Position numbers and translations under genes: made by a program. A DNA stretch of 64,000 nt from Octopus bimaculoides (lineage: Eukaryota). Every line of letters starts with the position of its first letter. Positions within the stretch are counted from its first letter, which is position 1. The notes under the pieces are model-generated. The model was given only the letters and a program-made list of their open reading frames with translations. It was not told the origin of the DNA and ran no database searches. Positions 35,883-49,010 of this stretch are shown piece after piece. The stretch covers positions 87,888,521 to 87,952,520 of the forward strand of contig NC_068990.1 in NCBI RefSeq assembly GCF_001194135.2. Reading direction: 5' to 3'.

Positions 35883-37121
35883 TATGTATATATTAGTGAT
35901 CGAGAGGTGATGACTGCTTAATGTTTTTTTCTAAAGAAATCCCTACTTAGCTTCCATGCTGGTAAACATGACACCTAGTGCAATGTTAAAATTATTTCAA
36001 CCAGATGTTAAATATATTGTGGAAAAAATATTAGATAGTGACTGAACATTCTCAACCTTCCCTCTTCTATTAACATTCAGGTTTTTGTTTGTTTTTTGTT
36101 GTTTTTTTTACCTTTTTTTGTTATTGAATCCAAAGGATAGTTTTCTGTTTATTACTTTGAAGTAATCTAATCTAGTGTCGAATGACGTTCTTGAAAAGGT
36201 TGTTAAAGCTGTTATATCACACAGATGTATAATAAAAGGTGTAAGGACAGTTTTATTATTATTAATATTATTGAAAGCAGATTGGCAGAACTATTAAAGC
36301 ATTGGGTAAAATGCTTTGCTGTAATTTTCCATCTCTGTACAACCTGAGTTCAAATCCTAGCAAAATCAACTTTTGACATCCTTTTTGCTCCTCTGCCAAT
36401 AGATTTTCCTTTTCCAGAAAATTATATACTTCATCAGCTCTGAAGCTAGTTAATGGTTCCCTTGAGTAATGGCAAGTTGTTCTTTAAGTTTTATAAGTTA
36501 GTCAAAAGAGGAGCACCAGCTCCCATGATCTTTGCAGATCTTCCCTCTCAGTCCTAGATTGACGAGAGTTATGTGGCCAATACAAAACCTGAATGTCTGA
36601 AATTCAGTGTCTCTCTGCAGGGAAAATGTGGACAGGGAGAAACAGTGTGGCCTGGTTTGAATATTTCCAACAAAGTGAACTTCACTAAATGTTCTTCAAC
36701 ATTTAGTTCAATTCTTCACATCCTAAGTTCAAATCTCAAGGTGGTTGACTCCATATTTTGACCATTTACCTCTGTAGAATAAATAAAATAATACCTGTCA
36801 TATATTGGTGTTCCAGTCAACTGACCACATACAACTCTGAAAACCTATCATCTAAGCATCAGTATAGTTGATACTCTATGCTCCATGTATCAACAATATG
36901 TTCCAAGATGTCTACTTACATGAATATACTAATATTGCCATATTTGGTAGTTGTTTCTGTTAAGACCCAGGTCAGCCCTATTCAAAGATAGTTAAATCAT
37001 CTTTTTCTAGACATAATGCATTTAATACGCCTTGGTTTAGTTTCAGGAGGAATTACTGTTATTTTAGCTGGTTGTGATCAAAAATAGCCTACCGTTCCTT
37101 CCCCAACATTATTTGGTCAGT

Positions 37122-37332
37122 AAGGCAATGACCTGGGAGAAATGTTAGGGTTAGGTGAAATGCTAAGCAGTATTTCATCTGTCTTTACATTCTGAGTTCA
37201 AATTCTACCAAGTTCGACTTTGCCTTTCATCCTTTTGGGGGTCAATAAATTAAGAACCAGTTGCATACTGGGATCAATCTAATCAACTGGCTCCCTCCCC
37301 AAAAATTTTGGGCCTTGTGCCTAGGGTAGAAA
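37122..37332 (+). mobile_element. SINE family B
   Basis: Same head and TTTGCCTTTCATCCTTTTGGGGGTCAATAAATTAAG body as 34337-34567. Confidence 0.85.
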
Positions 37333-37696
37333 CGAACATCATTTGGTCAGTTCCTTTATCTCCTTCTTTTGGCACCACATAGAGGTATAACATTGCTACT
37401 TTTGCCAATGATGCTAAACAGCTATCACATTAATAATTAGCAGCAACCTTAACACTAACAATATTCTGTTTGTATCCTGTCACAGGTATTGTTTAATGCC
37501 TGCAATAAGCTCACTGAATTCATAACAAGCCAGTCCACCTAGCTATATTGAGTTCCCATGAGGAAATATAACCGATTGATGTAATCAGTGGAGGTACACA
37601 ATCTGTTTAAGTGAAGGGTGCGTTTTTAACTTAATGTATTAAGTTAAAAATTTCCATAAACATCATTTAATGTCTTATCCAAAAAGTAGAAAGTGG

Positions 37697-37751
<55 letters not shown>

Positions 37752-38071
37752 GCAAATACATATACATGCACACACACACACACACATACATGCACATACA
37801 CACACACACAGAGGAAAAGAGAGTTGTCAATCACTTTGTCTTAAAACAGAAGATAAGCTCCATCACTTCTTGATATCTTCCATTAATGGTGATGGATAAA
37901 AGTGAATGCAAATTACCATATAGTTATAAATATGTATATATGTTCGTAAACAGATGTATATACATGTGTATGCATTCGTGTGTGTATGTGTATATATATT
38001 TGTGCCTGTGTATGCATATATTGGAGGTAAACAGCAAGATACGTATATGTGTCTATAAATTATACAGACAA

Positions 38072-38102
<31 letters not shown>

Positions 38103-38252
38103 AATTAAACAGATCAAGGTATGTATGCCTTTATGTTATTTCTATTAAGATTCTTCAGCAATAGAACAGCTTTTTTTTTTATCTAAGAGTGAAAATTATT
38201 CTAATCTGAAGTGGACGTAGTTTGTCACATGCACACACAATTTTTCTGAATT

Positions 38253-38326
<74 letters not shown>

Positions 38327-39647
38327 GATATTTTCCATTGAAAATATCTTTTTCTGAGTATTATCTGCATATATTTCAATGATTTATATTAAAGCAGCAA
38401 GCTTTAGTCGCTAACTAAAAAGCCTTAAGCAAGAATGTTTGCTAGTGAAAATCTCTTTCTTGAAGGTGGGGAGGGCCTTTTTGAATTCTTTTTGTCTAAT
38501 TTCTTCTTTTTTTTTTTAATTCAAAACATTTCTTAGAGTATTCAATTTTTATTTTTTTATTTTATTTTATTTTACATTGAGAGAGATATATATTGTTAAG
38601 CTGTATGGTAGATCAATACTCTTGCAATTACTCTACGAGTCATACAATTGATGTTTGAGATCCCCTTGCCATTTTGGTATCTGGATCCAGATTAGAGATG
38701 GAAGTGGAATTTATTCATTTCATGAGACTTTCTAAAGAAATTCATATCAGATCAAATAAGGATTCAAAAGAAAAAGAAAATCTAAGCTAAGTTGTTGTTG
38801 TTGTTGTTGTTGTTTAACTCCACGTTAGACTTAGTGGAGCAAGGTCTTATTGACGAAGAATATTGTATAGCTAAGACTATGTAATTCAATTGTGACCTTT
38901 TGTCCTAAGTCAGCAAGATGTGATATAATGGAGATTGGTGCTATTTCTACCAGGTCAAACAACCAAATATGGGCTTCTTTTGTTGGCTCATGTAAGCTTG
39001 GTGATTCTGTTGTTGCTGCTGTTTAGCCCTAGGTCAGCTTTGGTCAAAGAGACTTACAGTCAAATGCATTCCAGCAATAACAATAACTTTTGTTGTCTTT
39101 TTTTGTTTTTGTTTTTTTCTTTCTTTTCTTTTTTCAAACATAGCCTGAGCAATCATATCGAGACTCTTCAGTTGGTTGTTATGCTCTTAGTGTACATGTA
39201 TTATTAAATAAAGGTTTAAGCAAACCTTTCTTCCAGTCCTCAGATCTGAATAGGCAAAATGGTGAAGCAGATCCCACTTTTGGTTGCTCATTTGGAGGTT
39301 ACTAATTCAGTTGTTGGTGTTTTGTAGAGATTCTGGACAAAACTTGTTCTACATAATCTCAGTCCACCTGGTTGTCAGTGGGAATAGGTACTTTCAGTTT
39401 ATTTAAGAAATGTTGTTTGTGATAGGCTGGTCATTCATCCAGGAGGCTAGTATGAAGTGATGCTTTACTTGTCTTGTCATCAATAGAGAATACATAAATA
39501 TATACATTATCATCATCATTGTTCTAACATCCATTTTTCTATGTTTACATGGGTTGGACCTGTTTCCAAGTAAGCTAATATTGTTCTACCCATGCCAGCA
39601 TGGAAGGTGGACGTTAATTGATGATGATGATGATATATATATATAAC

Positions 39648-39779
39648 AGGTTTCTTTCAGTTTCTGCCTACCAAATCCACTCTGGGGCTGTGGCAGAAGA
39701 CACTTGCCCAAGGTGACATGCAGTAGGACTAAATCTGGAACCATGTAGGTTGTAAGTAAGCCCCTTACTACAAAGCCAT

Positions 39780-39784
<5 letters not shown>
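39648..39784 (-). mobile_element. SINE family A, 5' half
   Basis: TCTTTCAGTTTCTGCCTACCAAATCCACTC...AGAAGACACTTGCCCAAGGTG...GGAACCATGT. Confidence 0.8.
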
Positions 39785-39825
<41 letters not shown>

Positions 39826-40480
39826 ACACACAAGTTTTCCCTTTGTTTTGAATTTGTCAATCTATGGTTATATTTTAAGCAAGAAGTATAAGAAATATTT
39901 ATATTTTCTATATAAGATATGAAAATTTGCAAGCTACATGAAATGTGTGCATAGACATTAATGAACCATTAGTATATATTCTCCCAGGCACTTACTTATA
40001 TGTGTGCATAGTCTACTTGTTGTTTGTTGATCAAATTTCAGCTTTTTGGTTGAATAAAATTTTCTTCAGGAAAACTGTTTGCTATACAATTTGTTCATTT
40101 AGCCAACCATTCGAATATGCCCTCCCAATCACTTATACACGTGTAGTTGGCTTGTGGTTCATTGATCAAATTTCACCTCATTAGACTGGTTGAATTTTCT
40201 TTAGAAAAACCATTCATTATTCAACTTGTTTACAAAAGAAATGTTCAAATATGGGTACCACACCGCTGTACCCATATATGTTTATGTATTTGTCTTGCAA
40301 GATTTTTGACACATGGGACAGAGAGTCACTGAAAATGTCACAGAATGTATGCTGAAAGAACTGTGACAGACAAATAAACTAAAAAAACAAAAACAATACT
40401 AATAAAACTAAAGTAAAGGTTAAATAAAAATTTGCATGTGTTTAATTGGCAAAAGATGACCATCCCCAAGTATAACAATG

Positions 40481-40518
<38 letters not shown>

Positions 40519-40794
40519 ATCTGTATCATAACCGTTTGTGCTCATATGGATCAAATAGAATTTATTGAAGCAGATTTTTTTATGGATGGATGCCTTTTCT
40601 GTCACTAACCCTTCCTGTTAGCAAGCAAAGTAATATTTCTTGATGACCAGACATGTTTCTATTGAATATTGCAAAATGAATGACACTGCTTGTATGGCAA
40701 TGATACACATTTACAACTATCATGTGACATCAAGACAGGGAGACACAAGCATACATACACTCTTACACACATACATATATACATACATACATCT

Positions 40795-41465
40795 AGGAAC
40801 AGGAGATTGCCACATAGTCCCTGGTGAAAAAGAGAGACAGTGACGCTCTTGTAATCCCAAGGTGAAACCACATGTGTAACCTGTGTCATGTTTCTGTGGA
40901 AGACATCACACATGTGATTAGCAACTGTCCTAAAATGCCGTCATGGTACTACCTCCCTATGTGGAACAATGTTGTTTCTAAAACAATTTACAATGTCATC
41001 CACAAAAAAAGACTGTCCTGAAATAAACTTAGAAAATCCCTCTCTTATGGAATAGATTCAAAAACACCAACTCAAGGAATGCTGGTGGAATATTCTCATC
41101 AAAACTTCTGTCAAATGTAAACATAACAGGCTGGATATTGTTGTTTGAGACATAAGGGCAAAGGTATGCACCATCATAGTGGTCAGCTGCCTGCAGATAT
41201 AGATATCTCTTTGAAAAGCCAAGAAAAAGAGGATATCTATGAACAACTGCTTCGAAAGCTCCAGCTTCTATATCCAGACTATGAATTCATATTCATACCA
41301 ATAATAATTGGAGCACTAGGCTTTGTTAGTAAATGCTTACAGGAGAATCTGGATACACTGTGATTTTCAAAAGAGAAATTGGCCAGTTGATTTGTACATT
41401 ACAAGTGCAATTTGTGAGTGGAACAGTAAAAATATCCAAGACTTTTCTCAAGTTCCAAATATGAA
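40795..41465 (+). mobile_element. RLE-type LINE fragment of a different lineage (CCHC knuckle plus endonuclease), pseudogenised
   Basis: EQEIAT*...CNLCHVSVEDITHVISNCPKM (C-x2-C-x8-H-x4-C, from 40875)...WWNILIKTSVKCKHNRLDIVV*...EKEDIYEQLLRKLQLLYPDYEFIFIPIIIGALGFV...GTVKISKTFLKF. Confidence 0.85.
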
Positions 41466-41573
41466 TTTGTCTGTGATAACTACATCCCAAAGATGGAACC
41501 TTGTATCTTTGTTGGAAACCGGCTCCCTCCTCAATGGAAAATTTATAATATTTAAAAAATAGAAGAGACATAC

Positions 41574-41614
<41 letters not shown>

Positions 41615-41616
<2 letters not shown>

Positions 41617-41762
41617 ACAGTCTTCTTTCAGTTTCAACATACCAGATCCACTCACAAGGTTTTGGTCAGCCTGGGCCTGTAGCAGAAGACACTTGCCCAA
41701 GGTACCTTGCAATGAAACTGAACCCAAGACCAAACTTCTTAACCACACGTCCATGCTTGCAA
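41615..41762 (-). mobile_element. SINE family A, 5' half
   Basis: TCTTCTTTCAGTTTC...CCACTCACAAGGTTTTGGTCAGCC...AGAAGACACTTGCCCAAGGTAC. Confidence 0.8.
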
Positions 41763-42718
41763 TATACATATCAGTTAGTCATTGAATTCAACTCTTATGA
41801 ATATATAATGGTACAATAAACAATTCTCTGAATTTATAAAGGAAGAATTAGACATTTCTTTGAACTTACAGCTGTAACTTCATTCACACCAAATGCCTTC
41901 TGCAAATACTCCTTCCTTTCTTATGATGTCACTTTTATCAGAATAGTTTTATTGTAATGGTGTCACAATTATTTCTCTTGATGCTGTTGTTGTCATTATT
42001 GTGCTATTTGTTTCATTTTGTTACACTTCAGCATTTGATATTGTTCTCACTCTTTTATTATCCCTCAGTTTAGAATTGCTGTATCTGCAACTGAGAAACC
42101 ATTCCTCTGGGTCTGTTCTTCACTTTGTAGAAACTGCTTTTGTCTTTATTGTTTATTGTTTTTCAATCACATGTCTGTATATTCATATGGATGGTATCTC
42201 TGCCTATTATTTGGTCTGTATGTCAGCCAGCTAGTGTGTCTTTCTGTCAGCCTTTCTGTCTCTCTCTATATTTCTATACATTTCTAGACATCTCAATCAG
42301 TAAAAACGGAAATGAAATGATGTGAAAGCACTTAAAGGTCTATGACTCAAATATTTTGTTTACATTTCTGCTATTGTTTATATTGTTGTTTTTTTTCCTT
42401 CTTTAATTTGTCATGGTGATGAGGGTGATACAATACTTCAAGGGATGGGAGGATTTCTGATGTTAATTAGAAGAAAGGTAAGTTATATAATATATACCTG
42501 CCAAAGTTATACAAATTTGTTATATATATATATATATGTTATAGTTACAAAGTGACTCAATAGCACTAAACAAACTGGTTTCAAATTATTGGAAAACTTC
42601 ATGGACCAACTAAAATGGTTATTCGGCCCTTGTGCCATTAACATCTGCCAAATTAAATAAAAGAATATACATACTAGTGCTTGTATTACCAATCATATAC
42701 ATATAAATATATATATAA

Positions 42719-42870
42719 TAGGTATGAGTGTGTGGTAAGGAGTTTGCTTCCCAACCACATTGTTCCAGGTTCAATCCCACTGTGTAGCACATTGGGGAAG
42801 TGTCTTCTACTATAGCCTCAAGCTGACCAAAGCCTTGTGAGTGGATTTGATTGATAGAAACTGAAAGGCC
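42719..42870 (+). mobile_element. SINE family A, 5' half (3' part lost in gap)
   Basis: GTGTGGTAAGGAGTTTGCTTCCCAACCACATTGTTCCAGGTTCAATCCCACTG...GGGGAAGTGTCTTCTACTATAGCCTC. Confidence 0.85.
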
Positions 42871-43769
42871 ATTGCATATGTGCATGTGTGTGTGTGTGTG
42901 TGTGTGTGTNNNNNNNNNNNNNNNNNNNNNNNNNNNNNNNNNNNNNNNNNNNNNNNNNNNNNNNNNNNNNNNNNNNNNNNNNNNNNNNNNNNNNNNNNNN
43001 NNNNNNNNNNNNNNNNNNNNNNNNNNNNNNNNNNNNNNNNNNNNNNNNNNNNNNNNNNNNNNNNNNNNNNNNNNNNNNNNNNNNNNNNNNNNNNNNNNNN
43101 NNNNNNNNNNNNNNNNNNNNNNNNNNNNNNNNNNNNNNNNNNNNNNNNNNNNNNNNNNNNNNNNNNNNNNNNNNNNNNNNNNNNNNNNNNNNNNNNNNNN
43201 NNNNNNNNNNNNNNNNNNNNNNNNNNNNNNNNNNNNNNNNNNNNNNNNNNNNNNNNNNNNNNNNNNNNNNNNNNNNNNNNNNNNNNNNNNNNNNNNAGCA
43301 TAAATATTTTATTACATAAATAGTATTAAATGGTATATATGTATGTAAAGAACATATCAGGACTGGAAAATATCTCTGATAATCATCCGGATGAGAACTG
43401 AACCTCTTATCATTTGGTGAAATATAGTTTGTGTATATAGAGGTTGCTTACATTACTAAAATGTATAGCCTCATGTCAGATGTTGTTAGGCATCAGTATA
43501 TGTAGAATCAATATAGGATTGAGGTTTATAAAATAGTACCAGCTGTGTACTAGTTTCGTTTCAGTCAAGGAGAGGGTAAAGCGTGTATTGAGAAATTCAA
43601 TGTATACATACACACACATATTGAAACATATAAATAAATGTTATGTGTATATACATACACACATATATACTTATATACAAACAAATTATATATATATATA
43701 TAAAGTGAGTTCACAGCAGTAACCTACACTAGTGTTGCATAACCAGCCCACTCAAAAGTGCCTTGGATC

Positions 43770-44190
43770 GTAGGGCAACATACCATGCTTGAGAAGACCT
43801 ATTGAGTCAAGTACATCAAAACCAAAATCAAATGGAAATTGTAGTCATGATCCCCATGCTGGTGGCACATAAAAAGCACCATCCGAATGTGGCCAATGCC
43901 AGCGCCGCCTTGACTGGCTTCTGTGCCAGTGGCACGTAAAAAGCACCAACCAATCATGGTTGTTGCCAGCCCGCTCTGGCCCCTGTGCCGGTGGCACATA
44001 AAAAGCACCCACTACACTCTTGGAGTGGTTGGTGTTAGGAAGGGCATCCAGCTGTAGAAACACTGCCAGATCAGATTGGAGCCTGGTGCAACCTCCTGGC
44101 TTCCCAAACCCCAGTCGAAATGTCCAACCCATGCCTGTATGGAGAACAGACGTTAAATGATGATGATGATGATAATGATGGTGATGATGA
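43770..44190 (+). mobile_element. Family C element with three internal repeat units
   Basis: Cores at 43861-43880, 43928-43947 and 43990-44009; GGTTGGTGTTAGGAAGGGCATCCAGCTGTAGAAAC; (GAT)n tail. Confidence 0.85.
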
Positions 44191-44671
44191 TATATATATA
44201 TATATATATATAAAAGAACTTACACATTTTATGTATGTATGTATGTATGCAAGGTTCCTGCATGAATTTGTCCGTAATGGCTGACACAAACTAAAGAATA
44301 CACACACATGCACATGCACACATGCACATGCACACAAGCATACATACACACACAGAGACACACACACACAAACACACAGGTTTTTTTTTGTTATCTATAG
44401 TTCTTTTACTAACTCTTGCCAACCATCTGTGGCCATGCTTATTTAGTCTCACTGCATAAATGTAAACCACAGGAGTTTATGTAATTGAAAATGGCAGATC
44501 ATCTGACTAGTTTTTCATGTCTTAAGGTTAATCAGGAATCACTTGGCTTACTTCTTAATTTTAGAACGATAGATCTCAAAGCATATAGACCAGTATATAA
44601 GATTGTGTCAGTATTGGGATAAAAAATACCCCTTTGGATAGAAAAAGTCAAAGGCTACCACAGAAAGAACT

Positions 44672-44704
<33 letters not shown>

Positions 44705-45199
44705 NNNNNNNNNNNNNNNNNNNNNNNNNNNNNNNNNNNNNNNNNNNNNNNNNNNNNNNNNNNNNNNNNNNNNNNNNNNNNNNNNNNNNNNNNNNNNNNN
44801 NNNNNNNNNNNNNNNNNNNNNNNNNNNNNNNNNNNNNNNNNNNNNNNNNNNNNNNNNNNNNNNNNNNNNNNNNNNNNNNNNNNNNNNNNNNNNNNNNNNN
44901 NNNNNNNNNNNNNNNNNNNNNNNNNNNNNNNNNNNNNNNNNNNNNNNNNNNNNNNNNNNNNNNNNNNNNNNNNNNNNNNNNNNNNNNNNNNNNNNNNNNN
45001 NNNNNNNNNNNNNNNNNNNNNNNNNNNNNNNNNNNNNNNNNNNNNNNNNNNNNNNNNNNNNNNNNNNNNNNNNNNNNNNNNNNNNNNNNNNNNNNNNNNN
45101 NNNNNNNNNNNNNNNNNNNNNNNNNNNNNNNNNNNNNNNNNNNNNNNNNNNNNNNNNNNNNNNNNNNNNNNNNNNNNNNNNNNNNNNNTATATATAGAT

Positions 45200-45235
<36 letters not shown>

Positions 45236-46837
45236 TTGTACGCACATATGTATATGTGTGTGTGTGTGCATGTATACATACATATATATATATATATATA
45301 TTGCATATGTATAAACACTTTCTATTGTAAAGAATAAGATGACAGACACAGGAATTTGGAGACAATCAAAGAGACAGAGATATGCACACACATGCTACAC
45401 ACACACACACACACACACATACATATATACATGTGCATGTATATATATGTGTATACACATGCATGTAGTATGTATTATATGAGTATAAGAAATAAGAAAT
45501 GGGTCATGCTGAAAACCTGTCAGTCTTTATAAATCTCTATTCATGTCATCAGACTTTATTTCTCTAATCTCGTTATTTCGACATGTCAGCATTGGCTAAT
45601 TGATTTATTGTTCAGTTGTAGAAGTGAATTCATTCAACTAGCTTCCTACCAATTTCTGCTACAGTGTGTGGAATACCAGCAGAATAAGTCTACTAATTAA
45701 ACTACTCTACTTCTTAGCTCCCATCATTATACCTACATATAATTGCTACGTTTTTGAGTTCTGACACAGAGGACATTGCTTATTCTCTTTTCTTTGCTTT
45801 TCAATTTGCTTTACTGGTTTCAATCATTGGACTGCAACCATGCTGAGACAGCATCTGGAAGGTTATTAGCTGATAATGTATGGACTCTAATTCTAATATC
45901 AGTCCAGCACTTGCTTTTACATATCTGTATTTATTGAATATCTAACTAAACTTTTTTGACATGATACCAATAACCATAAATGCTAGAATGTGCATATGTG
46001 CATGTGCATACGCACACACATACATACATACACACATATATNNNNNNNNNNNNNNNNNNNNNNNNNNNNNNNNNNNNNNNNNNNNNNNNNNNNNNNNNNN
46101 NNNNNNNNNNNNNNNNNNNNNNNNNNNNNNNNNNNNNNNNNNNNNNNNNNNNNNNNNNNNNNNNNNNNNNNNNNNNNNNNNNNNNNNNNNNNNNNNNNNN
46201 NNNNNNNNNNNNNNNNNNNNNNNNNNNNNNNNNNNNNNNNNNNNNNNNNNNNNNNNNNNNNNNNNNNNNNNNNNNNNNNNNNNNNNNNNNNNNNNNNNNN
46301 NNNNNNNNNNNNNNNNNNNNNNNNNNNNNNNNNNNNNNNNNNNNNNNNNNNNNNNNNNNNNNNNNNNNNNNNNNNNNNNNNNNNNNNNNNNNNNNNNNNN
46401 NNNNNNNNNNNNNNNNNNNNNNNNNNNNNNNNNNNNNNNNNNNNNNNNNNNNNNNNNNNNNNNNNNNNNNNNNNNNNNNNNNNNNNNNNNNNNNNNNNNN
46501 NNNNNNNNNNNNNNNNNNNNNNNNNNNNNNNNNNNNNNNNNNNNNNNNNNNNNNNNNNNNNNNNNNNNNNNNNNNNNNNNNNNNNNNNNNNNNNNNNNNN
46601 NNNNNNNNNNNNNNNNNNNNNNNNNNNNNNNNNNNNNNNNNNNNNNNNNNNNNNNNNNNNNNNNNNNNNNNNNNNNNNNNNNNNNNNNNNNNNNNNNNNN
46701 NNNNNNNNNNNNNNNNNNNNNNNNNNNNNNNNNNNNNNNNNNNNNNNNNNNNNNNNNNNNNNNNNNNNNNNNNNNNNNNNNNNNNNNNNNNNNNNNNNNN
46801 NNNNNNNNNNNNNNNNNNNNNNNNNNNNNNNNNNNNT

Positions 46838-46839
46838 TA

Positions 46840-46883
<44 letters not shown>

Positions 46884-46924
46884 GAATTAATTTTTATTAT
46901 TATTATTATTATTATTACGAATTA

Positions 46925-46974
<50 letters not shown>

Positions 46975-46995
46975 GAATTAATTATTATTATTATA

Positions 46996-47035
<40 letters not shown>
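46838..47035. repeat. (ATT)n array with recurring ACGAATTA interruption
   Basis: ACGAATTA occurs three times (about 46882, 46917, 46973) inside the TTA array, indicating higher-order duplication. Confidence 0.85.
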
Positions 47036-47467
47036 TGCTAGACAAAATGCTTTGCGACATTTCATCCGTCTTTATGTTCTGAGTTCAAATTCTTTTCTTT
47101 TTTTAATTCATTCAGAGTACATACCAGACACTAACTCACATCAGTCTCATTTCCTCTCCTTCCTTCCTTCTCCTGCTACTACAACAGCATCTGCTCTTCT
47201 GAACTTGTTAGCTGTATGCCTTCTCTCTTCCTAAGCATTCCTAATCAATTCGTCTCCCTTTTTTCCATCCCCTTTACTACTTTCCACCTAGTCAATCCTC
47301 CCTAGAACTGATACCTTCTGGCACTTCTGTGCTCTGTGTTGATTTTCCTCCAGATGCTGACTTAAAGTAGCAGTTAAACTAACCATCAACCTCTCTTCGA
47401 CTCAGGCTAATCTGATAGTGAGGTCTGCGATGGCCATGAAACTGCTTCATCTTTTCTTAACTTACAT

Positions 47468-47621
47468 ATCATCATCATCGTTTAACGTCCGCTTTCCATG
47501 CTAGCATGGGTTGGACGATTTGACTGAGGACTGGTGCAACCGGATGGCTACACCAGGCTCCAATCTAATTTGGCAGAGTTTCTACAGCTGGATGCCCTTC
47601 CTAACGCCAACCACTCAGAGA

Positions 47622-47625
<4 letters not shown>
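47468..47625 (-). mobile_element. Family C, young copy
   Basis: CATCATCATCGTTTAACGTCCGCTTTCCATGCTAGCATGGGTTGGACG...CTGGATGCCCTTCCTAACGCCAACC with CpGs retained. Confidence 0.9.
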
Positions 47626-47653
<28 letters not shown>

Positions 47654-48188
47654 NNNNNNNNNNNNNNNNNNNNNNNNNNNNNNNNNNNNNNNNNNNNNNN
47701 NNNNNNNNNNNNNNNNNNNNNNNNNNNNNNNNNNNNNNNNNNNNNNNNNNNNNNNNNNNNNNNNNNNNNNNNNNNNNNNNNNNNNNNNNNNNNNNNNNNN
47801 NNNNNNNNNNNNNNNNNNNNNNNNNNNNNNNNNNNNNNNNNNNNNNNNNNNNNNNNNNNNNNNNNNNNNNNNNNNNNNNNNNNNNNNNNNNNNNNNNNNN
47901 NNNNNNNNNNNNNNNNNNNNNNNNNNNNNNNNNNNNNNNNNNNNNNNNNNNNNNNNNNNNNNNNNNNNNNNNNNNNNNNNNNNNNNNNNNNNNNNNNNNN
48001 NNNNNNNNNNNNNNNNNNNNNNNNNNNNNNNNNNNNNNNNNNNNNNNNNNNNNNNNNNNNNNNNNNNNNNNNNNNNNNNNNNNNNNNNNNNNNNNNNNNN
48101 NNNNNNNNNNNNNNNNNNNNNNNNNNNNNNNNNNNNNNNNNNNNNNNNNNNNNNNNNNNNNNNNNNNNNNNNNNNNNNNNNNNNNNNN

Positions 48189-48229
<41 letters not shown>

Positions 48230-48555
48230 CTGTGTAGCTAGGATTTTTGGCTGTACTGCTGCTGCATTAATGCACCTGTGCCAGTGACATGTACAAGGCA
48301 CCCAGCACACTTTGTTGCATTGTTGGCATTAGGAAGGGCATCCAACCATAGAAACCATGCCACAATAGACAAGTGGAGTCTGAACAGCTCCCTGCTAGCC
48401 AGCTCCATGTCAAACCGTCCAACCCATGCCAGCATGGAGAGTGAACATTAAACTGATGATGATTATATATCATCAGCATCACCATCATCATCGTTTAACG
48501 TCCACTTTCCATGCTAGCATGGGTTGGACGGTTTGACTGAGGACTNNNNNNNNNN

Positions 48556-49010
48556 TTATATATCATCAGCATCACCATCATCATCGTTTAACGTCCACTT
48601 TCCATGCTAGCATGGGTTGGACGGTTTGACTGAGGACTGGTGAGCCAGAGGCTGCATCAGGCTCACTCTGGTCTGGCAAAGTTTCTACAGCTGGATGCCC
48701 TTCCTAACGCCAACAACTCCAAGAGTGTAGTGGGTACTTTTTGCATGCCACCGACACGAGGGCCAGTCATGTGGTTCTGGCAACAACCATGCTCACACTC
48801 AAAAGGTGTTTTTTTTACATGCTACCTGCACGGGAGCCAGTAAGGCAACACTGGAAATGATCATGCTTGAATGGTGCTTTTCATGTGTCACCAGCATGGG
48901 AGCCAATCCATGGCCCTGGCAATGATCACACTCAGACGTGCTTTTAACATTCCACTGACATGAGTGCCAATTAGGCGGTACTGTCATCAGCCACGTCAGT
49001 GATTTTGGTT
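48556..49010 (-). mobile_element. Family C with four internal repeat units
   Basis: GTRCTTTT..RTGCCAC-type cores at about 48733, 48806, 48874 and 48937. Confidence 0.8.

Noticed and set aside
41470-41530. CTGTGA...CAAAGAT/ATCTTTG...GAAACCGG in the RLE 3' UTR as a possible hammerhead
   Set aside because: Core lacks a base, no U at 16.1 and no stem I pairing.
43861-44009. CRISPR-like repeat-spacer appearance
   Set aside because: Only 3-4 units, spacers are related to each other, embedded in a eukaryotic retroelement UTR, and no cas genes.
48462-48639. Exact ~84-bp tandem duplication
   Set aside because: The copies flank a 10-N gap; typical unmerged contig overlap.
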